64,000 nt of DNA from Macrostomum hystrix (taxonomy: Eukaryota; Animalia; Platyhelminthes), in contig CATNEN010000039.1 in NCBI GenBank assembly GCA_950097015.1, positions 6,138,001 through 6,202,000 of the forward strand. Direction: 5' to 3'. Below the pieces are notes generated by a model that worked only from the letters and a program-made list of their open reading frames with translations, did no database searches and was not told the origin of the DNA. The position numbers were made by a program, and so were the translations under genes. Shown here piece by piece: positions 1-12,264 of the stretch (positions are counted from its first letter, which is position 1; every line of letters starts with the position of its first letter).

Positions 1-2
1 CT

Positions 3-1530
3 GGTCCCTGGACCCCACCGTTGAAAATCACGATGCCAGATCCTCAAGGCAAACGGCGTCGCATTGGGCACAGGCTTGCCGTCCTCGTCATTTTGGTCGG
101 CGTCGCTGCGGCGTTTCTCCTAGTCCTGGCCGCCATCAGCCTTCTGCTGCGCTGGCGACGTCGGCAACGCTTCGGGCGGCACGAGATGCCCAGGCGCAAT
201 CTGCGCATCTTCTGGGATCAGCCGCCGCTCGGCTCCGGCTCTTACGGCCGCGTCTACCTCGGCCAGGTGGTCCCAGCCGGCGGCGGCCGCGATGCATCTT
301 CCGCCGATTGCGTGGCTGTCAAGACCACTGTCGACGAATTCGACAACATCGACAGGAGTGGGGGCGGACACAGTCGACGCCTACTTGCTGAGGCTTCGTG
401 CTTGAAGCGCCTGGGCGATCACAACTGCAGGCATGTTGTGCGCCTGGTTGGTGTCGTGTCGATCAGTCGGCCGCGCCTTCTGGTCCTTCAACTGGCAGAG
501 CGCGGCGACCTGCGCCAGCACCTGCGCACTCACGGCTGCGGCGGCATCGGCGCTGTTCGCGGCAATCGAACTAACGCCAGCGGCAGTAACATCAGCGGCA
601 GCGGCAGCAGCGGCTGCGTCGGCGGCAGCAGTCGCAATAGCAGCGGCTTCGGCAGCGGTGGCGACGGAGTCAGCTGTGCAAGGGCGCTGCTCTGGTCGGC
701 CCAGATAGCCGATGGTATGGCCTTCTTGCACCAGCGCGGCCTGCTGCACTGCGACCTGGCGGCTCGGAACTGCCTGCTGGACGAGAGGCTCAACGTCCTT
801 GTTGCTGGTGAGTTGTCCAGATCGAATTGGACAGTTTCTTGGAATTCCGCCTATTCTGGATGGGCAGAGTATATCAAGCCTGTCGACTATCCGGGAATGT
901 GTCGACTATCCCGGAGTGTGTCGTCTATCCCGGAGTGTGTCGTCTATCCCGGAGTGTCGTCTATCCCGGAGTGTGTCGTCTATCCCGGAGTGTGTCGTCT
1001 ATCCCGGAGTGTGTCGTCTATCCCGGAGTGTGTCGAAAATCGCGGAGTGTTACGACGATCCCGGAATGTGTCGACTTAGCCAGATTGTTGGATATCCTAA
1101 GCGTGCCGAATGACTCGAACATCCCGCAGATCTCGGCCTGGCCAGGTCGCACACCGCTTCTTTCAGAGGCCGTCAGGAGGCGGACTACGGTGTGCCGGTG
1201 CGCTGGATGGCGCCAGAGACCTTGCGAACAGGCCGCCACAGCTTCGCGTCGGACGTTTGGTCCTACGGCGTCACTCTGTGGGAGATCGCCTCCGGCGCCA
1301 TGCAGCCCTACGGCATGCTGAGCAACTCGGAGGTAGCCGAAGCTGTCAGGGCGGGGCGGCGTCACCTCCAGCCGCCGGCTGAATGTCCCGAAAGGCTGGT
1401 CGGCCTCATGACCGCCTGTTGGCAGGCGGCGCCGCTGCGGCCGAAGTTCAACGAGATCCTGGCCGACCTGCTAGCCAACGGTGTTGGCTGTCGTGAGCTG
1501 TTTTGTCACGCTGAAGCCATTCAAGACTGA
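3..1530 (+). CDS. Receptor tyrosine kinase, 3' part (TM + kinase domain; insulin-receptor/ROS-like); exons <3..807 and 1130..1530
   Basis: GPWTP before a TM helix (LAVLVILVGVAAAFLLVLAAISLLL), basic stop-transfer, GSGSYG, VAVK, HCDLAARN. GT at 808 and AG at 1128-1129 (phase 1) join VA to DLGLAR...PVRWMAPE...SDVWSYGVTLWEI...RPKF. The 5' end lies outside the window. Confidence 0.9.
890..1065. repeat. ~21-bp minisatellite (tatcccggagtgtgtcgtc) inside the kinase intron
   Basis: Tandem copies visible directly. Confidence 0.9.
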
Positions 1531-1817
1531 CTTTCCCCGGTTGCCTGTGTTGGAACACGACGTCGACTGGTCGTCACTTTCACGCTGATAAATCACAGTC
1601 AATATTTTGTCGCCCGTATTTCTTATTGCTGCCAGTCTTAAAAGCTTCGTAACTTAAGCAGATTTTTTGTCAAACAGTTTTTCAGAAATTGTTTCTTTTT
1701 TGCTTCTAGTCAGTTTTTCCATGGACTTATCTATCTAGTTTTTTAAGGACAGCCCTATTTTAAAATATCATAGAGATTGTGTCCATTCCAGGATTCCGTG
1801 CGTAATTCGGTCTCATT

Positions 1818-2265
1818 GCATCTGATTGGTTGCCATCTGATTGGTTGTCATCTGATTGGTTCCCATCTGATTGGTTGTCATCTGATTGGTTGCCTTCTGA
1901 TTGGTTGTCATCTGATTGGTTGCCTTCTGATTGGTTGCCATCTGATTGGTTGCCTTCTGATTGGTTGCCATCTGATTGGTTGTCATCTGATTGGTTGTTA
2001 TCTGATTGGTTGCCTTCTGATTGGTTGTCATCTGATTGGTTGCCTTCTGATTGGTTGTCATCTGATTGGTTGCCTTCTGATTGGTTGCCATCTGATTGGT
2101 TGCCATCTGATTGGTTGTCATCTGATTGGTTCCCATCTGATTGGTTGTCATCTGATTGGTTGCCTTCTGATTGGTTGTCATCTGATTGGTTGCCTTCTGA
2201 TTGGTTGCCATCTGATTGGTTGCCATCTGATTGGTTGCCATCTGATTGGTTGTCATCTGATTTGT
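1818..2265. repeat. 15-bp minisatellite (tctgattggttgcca), ~30 copies
   Basis: Tandem copies; translates as CHLIG repeats. Confidence 0.97.
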
Positions 2266-2369
2266 TGACAACTGATTAGTCAGTAAGTTTCTGTTTTTAA
2301 TTTTTAGCAGATAATTTTTAGTCCATGGACAGGGAAACGCCGTAACTACCCGATTTCCTCCCTAGCGAG

Positions 2370-2510
2370 TTTTAGCGTTCATTTTACAACTCGGTCAATT
2401 ATAGCAAATCAATTCAAGTATCTCCCTCATAGACAAAATTACTTGTAGTTTCTCCGGGCCTGAGATTCGAACTTCGGACCTCTGATTTAGGAGTCCGAAG
2501 CGTGAAAAAA
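2370..2510 (-). mobile_element. Degenerate tRNA-headed SINE fragment
   Basis: B-box-like GTTCGAATC on the minus strand (plus gattcgaac near 2464) in a tRNA-like context. Boundaries approximate. Confidence 0.35.
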
Positions 2511-2789
2511 ATTCCCCACACTGACAGAAAGTTGTGACTTCTTAACATTCAACTGGATTTTTATGATAACCCTGTGTGTGCAGCGCAGTAATGTAGAACT
2601 TATATAATATACTCAGACTCAGATATCGAATTATAAAAAAACTTTTGGAGTATTTTCTGTAGTGCAATTAGCAGTTGATTATACTGCATATAAGTGTTGG
2701 CTCATTGCTTTAATGATTTTTTCAAATGTGCCTGATTTTAAGCCTTCTATAAACACCTCGATACTCTCAATGTATGATAACTCGACTCG

Positions 2790-3925
2790 GTTCTTGTTTC
2801 GATTCTAGCTGCGGTTCCTGCTTCGATTCTAGCTGCGGTTGCTGCTTCGATTCTAGCTGCGGTTCTTGGTTCGATTCTAGCTGCGGTTGCTGCTTCGATT
2901 CTAGCTGCGGTTCTTGGTTCGATTCTAGCTGCGGTTGCTGCTTCGATTCTAGCTGCGGTTGCTGCTTCGATTCTAACTGCGGTTATTGGTTCGATTCTAG
3001 CTGGTTCGATTCTAGCTGCGGTTGCTGCTTCTATTCTAGCTGCGGTTGCTGCTTCGATTCTAACTGCGGTTATTGGTTCGATTCTAGCTGCGGTTCTTGG
3101 TTCGATTCTAGCTGCGGTTCTTGGTTCGATTCTAGCTGCGGTTGCTGCTTCGATTCTAGCTGCGGTTGCTGCTTCGATTCTAGCTGCGGTTGCTGCTTCG
3201 ATTCTAGCTGCGGTTGCTGCTTCGATTCTAACTGCGGTTCTTGGTTCGATTCTAGCTGTGGTTGCTGCTTCGATTCTAGCTGCGGTTCTTGGTTCGATTC
3301 TAGCTGGTTCGATTCTAGCTGCGGTTGCTGCTTCTATTCTAGCTGCGGTTGCTGCTTCGATTCTAACTGCGGTTCTTGGTTCGATTCTAGCTGCGGTTCT
3401 TGGTTCGATTCTAGCTGCGGTTGCTGCTTCGATTCTAGCTGCGGTTGCTGCTTCGATTCTAGCTGCGGTTGCTGCTTCGATTCTAGCTGCGGTTGCTGCT
3501 TCGATTCTAGCTGCGGTTGCTGCTTCGATTCTAACTGCGGTTATTGGTTCGATTCTAGCTGTGGTTGCTGCTTCGATTCTAGCTGCGGTTCTTGGTTCGA
3601 TTCTAGCTGCGGTTGCTGCTTCGATTCTAGCTGCTATTCCTGCTTCGATTCTAGCTGCGGCTCTTGGTTCGATTCTAGCTGCGGTTGCTGCTTCGATTCT
3701 AGCTGCGGTTGCTGCTTCGATTCTAGCTGCGGTTGCTGCTTCGATTCTAGCTGCGGTTCTTGGTTCGATTCTAGCTGCGGTTCCTGCTACGATTCTAGCT
3801 GCGGTTATTGGTTCGATTCTAGCTGCGGTTGCTGCTTCGATTCTAGCTGTGGTTCTTGTTTCGATTCTAGCTGCGGTTCTTGGTTCGATTCTAGCTGCGG
3901 TTTTTTGGTTCGATTCTTGGTTCGA
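2790..3925. repeat. 24-bp minisatellite (gattctagctgcggttgctgcttc)
   Basis: Tandem copies; produce the AARIEAAT and FDSSCGCC ORF artefacts. Confidence 0.97.
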
Positions 3926-4039
3926 TTTCACTTCTTTGTTACTACTTACACAACTTACACTACTGTTAGTAGTAAAACAATTACAAAAAAATTAAAAAAA
4001 TCCCAGAATTTCATACACATACATACAGGCCAAACGGCT

Positions 4040-5743
4040 CATACCAGTACATACAGGCTCATACCAGTACATACAGGCTCATACCAGTTCTCACACTGCT
4101 AGTTCTCACACTGGTCATTCTAGTTCTCACACTGCTCATTCCAGTTCTCACACTGCTCATTCCAGTTCTCACACTGCTCATTCCAGTTCTCACACTGCTC
4201 ATTCCAGTTCTCACACTGCTCATACCAGTTCTGACACTGCTCATACCAGTTCTCACACTGCTTGTTCTCACACTGGTCATTCTAGTTCTCACACTGGTCA
4301 TACCCGTTCTCACACTGCTCATTCCAGTTCTCACACTGCTCATACCAGTTCTCACACTGCTCATACCAGGTCTCACACTGCTCATACCCGTTCTCACACT
4401 GCTCATACCCGTTCTCACACTGCTCATACCAGGTCTCACACTACTCATCCCAGTTCTCACACTGCTCATCCCAGTTCTCACACTGCTCATACCAGTTCTC
4501 ACACTGCTCATACCCGTTCTCACACTGCTCATTCCAGTTCTCACACTGCTCATACCAGTTCTCACACTGCTCATACCAGGTCTCACACTACTCATCCCAG
4601 GTCTCACACTACTCATTCCAGTTCTCACACTGCTCATACCCGTTCTCACACTGCTCATACCAGGTCTCACACTACTCATCCCAGTTCTCACACTGCTCAT
4701 TCCAGTTCTCACACTGCTCATACCAGTTCTCACACTGCTCATACCAGGTCTCACACTACTCATCCCAGTTCTCACACTACTCATACCCGTTCTCACACTG
4801 CTCATACCAGGTCTTACACTACTCATCCCAGTTCTCACACTGCTCATCCCAGTTCTCACACTGCTCATACCAGTTCTCACACTGCTCATACCCGTTCTCA
4901 CACTGCTCATTCCAGTTCTCACACTGCTCATACCAGTTCTCACACTGCTCATACCAGGTCTCACACTACTCATCCCAGTTCTCACACTGCTCATTCCAGT
5001 TCTCACACTGCTCATACCAGTTCTCACACTGCTCATACCAGGTCTCACACTACTCATCCCAGTTCTCACACTACTCATACCCGTTCTCACACTGCTCATA
5101 CCAGGTCTCACACTGCTCATCCCAGTTTTCACACTACTCATCCCAGTTCTCACACTGCTCATACCAGTTCTCACACTGCTCATACCAGTTCTCACACTAC
5201 TCATCCCAGTTCTCACACTACTCATACCAGTTCTCACACTGCTCATACCCGTTCTCACACTGCTCATACCAGGTCTCACACTACTCATCCCAGTTCTCAC
5301 ACTACTCATCCCAGTTCTCACACTGCTCATACCAGTTCTCACACTGCTCATACCCGTTCTCACACTGCTCATACCAGTTCTCACACTGCTCATACCAGGT
5401 CTCACACTGCTCATACCAGGTCTCACACTACTCATACCAGGTCTCACACTACTCATCCCAGGTCTCACACTGCTCATACCAGTTCTCACACTGCTCATCC
5501 CAGGTCTCACACTACTCATACCAGGTCTCACACTGCTCATACCAGGTCTCACACTACTCATACCAGGTCTCACACTACTCATCCCAGGTCTCACACTGCT
5601 CATTTCAGTTCTCACACTGCTCATCCCAGGTCTCACACTACTCATACCAGGTCTCACACTGCTCATACCAGGTCTCACACTACTCATACCAGGTCTCACA
5701 CTACTCATCCCAGGTCTCACACTGCTCATTTCAGTTCTCACAC
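4040..5743. repeat. 21-bp minisatellite (ctcataccagttctcacactg)
   Basis: Tandem copies; produce the MSSVRTG ORF artefact. Confidence 0.97.
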
Positions 5744-6517
5744 TGATCGATCTGAGTCGAGTGTGAGGGCGAACAGAAAGTGCTGGGAAACTTTTATAAG
5801 TACCTCCTTAAGATTTCAGACGGCTGTGTTTAGTGTATTTTGAGAATGTGGCCTCTCGAGCACTAAACGTTAGACAAGGAAATGTTAGGCAGTGGTGCTG
5901 GGTGTCAGACAAGTGTATTGATTGTTAGTCAATCAAAGAACGAAATGTTAGAAGAACAATGGCATTAAACTTTATCAAAGTCATGTGCCAATCCAGCACG
6001 TGTGGCAGCGCGTACATACATATATCACTGGCACTTCGCTGCGTCGTGCTCAGCATTTGGCTCAGAGCTCGGCACTTTGAAAGAATTATTGAGAACCATT
6101 CTGAGTGGGAATGCTGATTGAAAAAAGCAAGGTAGTGGTATGCCATTCGTCCAATATACGAGAGTATAAGCACCGAATACAGTCTTATCATGCCAGGCAT
6201 TGGCGAGAAACACGATTCTGTTAAGTTCTCAAAGCCTTGACCTCACATTTGGCCGATGATAAAGAAACCGAAAAATGTTGTAAATCATGTAAAACATTTA
6301 TAGCTGTCCAACCAGCTGACCAATGGAGTGGAAAGATAAGACAGATTTTTTTGCCGGCTGCCCAAACGGTCACGCAGTACCTTTTATTGAATATTGAAAT
6401 TGTCAATGAAATTCGGGCACTTAGCAACACAGATCTGTGCTTGTTCTAGTCAGCTTGAAAACAAACAAATAGGAATTAAAAATGAACCCTTGTTGCCGGT
6501 GTCACCTGCTAGCAGCC

Positions 6518-9500
6518 ATGCGATTTACAGGTAAGGCGGTTTGGAACTCGCATAACTATTCTAGAGTTCTGCTGACCCAAATCAACCAAGGGACTTCCAC
6601 CAGCTGCTCACTCACCTATGCAGTTGCTAATTCATCTATCCAGCTGCTCACTCACCTAAGCAGTTGCTAATTCATCTATCCAGCTGCTGACTCACCTATG
6701 CAGTTGCTAATTCATCTATCCAGCTGCTGACTCACCTATGCAGTTGCTAATTCATCTATCCAGCTGCTCACTCACCTATGCAGTTGCTAATTCATCTATC
6801 CAGCTGCTGACTCACCTATGCAGTTGCTAATTCATCTATCCAGCTGCTGACTCACCTATGCAGTTGCTAATTCATCTATCCAGCTGCTTACTCACCTAAG
6901 CAGTTGCTAATTCATCTATCCAGCTGCTGACTCACCTATGCAGTTGCTAATTCATCTATCCAGCTGCTTACTCACCTATGCAGTTGCTAATTCATCTATC
7001 CAGCTGCTTACTCACCTATGCAGTTGCTAATTCATCTATCCAGCTGCTTACTCACCTATGCAGTTGCTAATTCATCTATCCAGCTGCTTACTCACCTAAG
7101 CAGTTGCTAATTCATCTATCCAGCTGCTGACTCACCTATGCAGTTGCTAATTCATCTATCCAGCTGCTTACTCACCTATGCAGTTGCTAATTCATCTATC
7201 CAGCTGCTTACTCACCTATGCAGTTGCTAATTCATCTATCCAGCTGCTTACTCACCTATGCAGTTGCTAATTCATCTATCCAGCTGCTTACTCACCTAAG
7301 CAGTTGCTAATTCATCTATCCAGCTGCTCAATCACCTATGCAGTTGCTAATTCATCTATCCAGCTGCTTACTCACCTATGCAGTTGCTAATTCATCTATC
7401 CAGCTGCTGACACACCTGTGCAGTTGCTAATTCATCTATCCAGCTGCTCACTCACCTATGCAGTTGCTAATTCATCTATCCAGCTGCTGACTCACCTATG
7501 CAGTTGCTAATTCATCTATCCAGCTGCTCACTCACCTATGCAGTTGCTAATTCATCTATCCAGCTGCTGACTCACCTATGCAGTTGCTAATTCATCTATC
7601 CAGCTGCTGACTCACCTATGCAGTTGCTAATTCATCTATCCAGCTGCTCACTCACCTATGCAGTTGCTAATTCATCTATCCAGCTGCTGACTCACCTATG
7701 CAGTTGCTAATTCATCTATCCAGCTGCTGACTCACCTATGCAGTTGCTAATTCATCTATCCAGCTGCTTACTCACCTAAGCAGTTGCTAATTCATCTATC
7801 CAGCTGCTGACTCACCTATGCAGTTGCTAATTCATCTATCCAGCTGCTTACTCACCTATGCAGTTGCTAATTCATCTATCCAGCTGCTTACTCACCTATG
7901 CAGTTGCTAATTCATCTATCCAGCTGCTTACTCACCTATGCAGTTGCTAATTCATCTATCCAGCTGCTTACTCACCTAAGCAGTTGCTAATTCATCTATC
8001 CAGCTGCTGACTCACCTATGCAGTTGCTAATTCATCTATCCAGCTGCTTACTCACCTATGCAGTTGCTAATTCATCTATCCAGCTGCTTACTCACCTATG
8101 CAGTTGCTAATTCATCTATCCAGCTGCTTACTCACCTATGCAGTTGCTAATTCATCTATCCAGCTGCTTACTCACCTAAGCAGTTGCTAATTCATCTATC
8201 CAGCTGCTCAATCACCTATGCAGTTGCTAATTCATCTATCCAGCTGCTTACTCACCTATGCAGTTGCTAATTCATCTATCCAGCTGCTGACACACCTGTG
8301 CAGTTGCTAATTCATCTATCCAGCTGCTGACACACCTATGCAGTTGCTAATTCATCTATCCAGCTGCTTACTCACCTAAGCAGTTGCTAATTCATCTATC
8401 CAGCTGCTCACTCACCTATGCAGTTGCTAATTCATCTATCCAGCTGCTTACTCACCTATGCAGTTGCTAATTCATCTATCCAGCTGCTCACTCACCTATG
8501 CAGTTGCTAATTCATCTATCCAGCTGCTGACTCACCTATGCAGTTGCTAATTCATCTATCCAGCTGCTTACTCACCTATGCAGTTGCTAATTCATCTATC
8601 CAGCTGCTGACACACCTGTGCAGTTGCTAATTCATCTATCCAGCTGCTGACTCACCTATGCAGTTGCTAATTCATCTATCCAGCTGCTGACTCACCTATG
8701 CAGTTGCTAATTCATCTATCCAGCTGCTGACACACCTATGCAGTTGCTAATTCATCTATCCAGCTGCTCACTCACCTATGCAGTTGCTAATTCATCTATC
8801 CAGCTGCTCACTCACCTATGCAGTTGCTAATTCATCTATCCAGCTGCTGACACACCTATGCAGTTGCTAATTCATCTATCCAGCTGCTCACTCACCTATG
8901 CAGTTGCTAATTCATCTATCCAGCTGCTCACTCACCTATGCAGTTGCTAATTCATCTATCCAGCTGCTCACTCACCTATGCAGTTGCTAATTCATCTATC
9001 CAGCTGCTGACTCACCTATGCAGTTGCTAATTCATCTATCCAGCTGCTGACTCACCTATGCAGTTGCTAATTCATCTATCCAGCTGCTGACTCACCTATG
9101 CAGTTGCTAATTCATCTATCCAGCTGCTCACTCACCTATGCAGTTGCTAATTCATCTATCCAGCTGCTGACTCACCTATGCAGTTGCTAATTCATCTATC
9201 CAGCTGCTCACTCACCTATGCAGTTGCTAATTCACCTATCCAGCTGCTCACTCACCTATGCAGTTGCTAATTCATCTATCCAGCTGCTGACTCACCTATG
9301 CAGTTGCTAATTCATCTATCCAGCTGCTGACACACCTATGCAGTTGCTAATTCATCTATCCAGCTGCTGACACACCTATGCAGTTGCTAATTCATCTATC
9401 CAGCTGCTTACTCACCTATGCAGTTGCTAATTCATCTATCCAGCTGCTCACTCACCTATGCAGTTGCTAATTCATCTATCCAGCTGCTTACTCACCTATG

Positions 9501-11676
9501 CAGTTGCTAATTCATCTATCCAGCTGCTCACTCACCTATGCAGTTGCTAATTCATCTATCCAGCTGCTGACTCACCTATGCAGTTGCTAATTCATCTATC
9601 CAGCTGCTGACACACCTATCCAGTCAATGCTGACACACCTATTCAGTCAATGCTGACACACCTATCCAGTTGATGCTGACACACCTATTCAGTCAATGCT
9701 GACACACCTATTCAGTCAATGCTGACACACCTATTCAGTCAATGCTGACACACCTATTCAGTCAATGCTGACACACCTATCCAGTTGATGCTGACACACC
9801 TATTCAATGCTGACACACCTATTCAATGCTGACACACCTATTCAATGCTGACACACCTATTCAATGCTGACACACCTATTCAGTCAATGCTGACACACCT
9901 ATTCAATGCTGACACACCTATTCAGTCAATGCTGACACACCTATTCAGTCAATGCTGACACACCTATTCAGTCAATGCTGACACACCTATTCAGTCAATG
10001 CTGACACACCTATTCAGTCAATGCTGACACACCTATTCAGTTGATGCTGACACACCTATTCAATGCTGACACACCTATTCAATGCTGACACACCTATTCA
10101 GTTGATGCTGACACACCTATTCAATGCTGACACACCTATTCAATGCTGACACACCTATTCAGTCAATGCTGACACACCTATTCAATGCTGACACACCTAT
10201 TCAGTCAATGCTGACACACCTATTCAGTCAATGCTGACACACCTATTCAGTCAATGCTGACACACCTATTCAGTCAATGCTGACACACCTATTCAGTCAA
10301 TGCTGACACACCTATTCAGTTGATGCTGACACACCTATTCAATGCTGACACACCTATTCAATGCTGACACACCTATTCAGTCAATGCTGACACACCTATT
10401 CAATGCTGACACACCTATTCAGTCAATGCTGACACACCTATTCAATGCTGACACACCTATTCAATGCTGACACACCTATTCAATGCTGACACACCTATTC
10501 AATGCTGAATCAGCAACGCCAAACTTTGCAGGCCAAATCTTGCCGAAGCTGCTGCTTCTCACCGCCGCATTTACGGCACTGCTGCTGCTGATGCGCCAGG
10601 GCCTCGGCGGAGCTCCGAGCCGATCTTCAACAGCGCCCGGGAGTTGGGAAGCCTGGCACGATGCCATCTACACGGTGCCACGAACCTTCAAAGAAGAAAG
10701 GCTTATAGCCGACGGAATGCCATGTCGAGAGCTGTCAAACGGGTTCCCTGACTTGATTGTACCACCTCTGGTGCATTGGACCACCAAGGATGGCCGAGTT
10801 CACAAGAAACTCATCAGCATTGTGCAGTCCTGGCTTGCCCTGCTGAATCGAGGAAACGGAAGCGATGCGAATTCTTTTGCCAGGTGGCGCTTCATGCACT
10901 GGGATGACGTCCAAATTCTTAACCTGATAGAGAAGCACTATCCGCGGCTAAACAGCAGCTACTACAAGCTCACCAACGGTCTAGAGCGTTCGGACATCGG
11001 ACGACTGGTCGTGCTGCACCACGTCGGCGGCCTGTACGTTGATCTGGACGTTGAGCTTAAGCGAGACGTCACGCCTCTTCTGACGCGGCATAGGGAAGAC
11101 GCCAGCGACAATTCGTCAGCGTGTCGAACAGCGCTCTGGAGCCAGGAGCCTCTGGAGCACGCCGAGTTCATCTTCGACAGGCGCTGGATGATTTCGAATG
11201 CCGTCATGATGAGCCGGGCCAATCACAGCTTCCTAAACTACGTGCTGAGCGCCTGGCCCGCCTGGTTCGAAGCCAACTGGGCCAAGAAGCGCAGAGCGCA
11301 CGGTGACGCCGTGTTTGTCACCGGCCCAATCATGCTGCAGGCCTTCTACGACAAGTACGCCGCGCTGGGCAAGAACCAGCGACCCGAGGACTGGTGCGAT
11401 GGTCTGATCGCAGAGCCCGAAGCCTTCCAGCCAGTCATGGACGCCGGATTCATCAAGGCCTGGCTGAAAAAGAAGTGTGTCAACATTCAGAAGCTGCCGG
11501 AACGGAAGCAAATGTACTGCCGGCATGCGATATGCGACAACTTCCAGAACAGGCAGGTGCCGAACAGCTCCTACACGGTGCACCATTTCATGCACCTCAG
11601 CTACCAGCAAGACGTGAAGCTGGACGACTCGAAGTGTATCTTGAAGCTGGTTCCAATCTTTACCTGCAAGATTTGA
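6518..11676 (+). CDS. Glycosyltransferase family 32 (DXD; SUR1/CSH1/OCH1-like), type II membrane protein; exons 6518..6530 and 10532..11676
   Basis: IVPPLVHWT, RSDIGRLVVLHHVGGLYVDLD, SNAVMMSRANHSFL and VTGP motifs with an N-terminal TM. gccATG CGA TTT ACA G|gtaagg (6531) joins in phase 1 to tttgcag|GC CAA (10532), giving MRFTGQILPKLLLLTAAF. An in-frame ATG at 6482 is an alternative start. Confidence 0.85.
6598..9620. repeat. 40-bp minisatellite (cagctgctgactcacctatgcagttgctaattcatctatc), ~75 copies, intronic
   Basis: Very regular tandem array. Confidence 0.98.
9621..10508. repeat. 23/19-bp minisatellite (tgacacacctattcagtcaatgc), intronic
   Basis: Tandem copies sharing gctgacacacctat with the preceding 40-mer. 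Confidence 0.95.
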
Positions 11677-12030
11677 TTGATATCCACGCTTACTCCTCAG
11701 CCAGCTATCCTCAAATATATTTGGGAAGTGTCGAGCTATGGCAGTTGACAATTGTTAGTGCAGTCACTGTCGTTGTTAGTTCAGTCTATTTAAGTGCGCG
11801 CGCGCGCTACCCCGCCGCTGTTATGTACACAACCACCCATCCTCCACCCTATTGCTATGTCGTGTGATTGCTGAATCATGCCGGTCAGACGCAATGGATC
11901 TAAGGTGAACGGCTAGAAATGTTTGCGCTTGTGACAGAATGATCAGAATTAATCTGCAATCTTTTATTTAGCCCCATTGTTACAGCTTCGAACTTCTGAC
12001 TGAGATTGGTGTTCAAATTTCTATTATATA

Positions 12031-12155
12031 GGGGGGTCGGTGTCAAAGCGGTCTATAGCATTTGTCACTCGCAACAAGGTCCCTGAGCTCGATTCCGCTG
12101 TGAGGCTACATTCCTTCGAGGCACAATGAAAGTGGACACTGCCTGACGAAGTGTC
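12031..12155 (+). mobile_element. tRNA-derived SINE copy (5' part)
   Basis: A-box-like gtcaaagcggt and B-box-like gctcgattcc; reverse-complement similarity to the copies at 27910, 31355 and 63450. Confidence 0.55.
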
Positions 12156-12264
12156 ACGTCCTGCTTCTTCTAGTGGTCCTGGGTTTCAGGATATCGAGCC
12201 AGGCTAATTTAAGGTTTTTGTTTTGAACTAGCAGAAAAAATCTGACCGGACAGGTCACTTTATG

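Noticed and set aside
1777-5741. Long repetitive ORFs (CHLIG, FDSSCGCC, AARIEAAT, MSSVRTG)
   Set aside because: Stop-free translations of minisatellites, open on both strands and in several frames, with no unique coding flanks. The Cys-rich one is not a metallothionein or keratin-associated protein.
5925-6449. Short hydrophobic ORFs (possible GPCR fragment)
   Set aside because: No convincing motif or splice structure.
6598-9620. Regular 40-bp array as a possible CRISPR
   Set aside because: No unique spacers, no cas genes, and it lies in a eukaryotic intron.
10483-10531. ORF-track start MLTHLFNAES for the glycosyltransferase
   Set aside because: That ATG is in the last repeat unit; a phase-compatible upstream exon (6518-6530) and acceptor (10531) give a better model.
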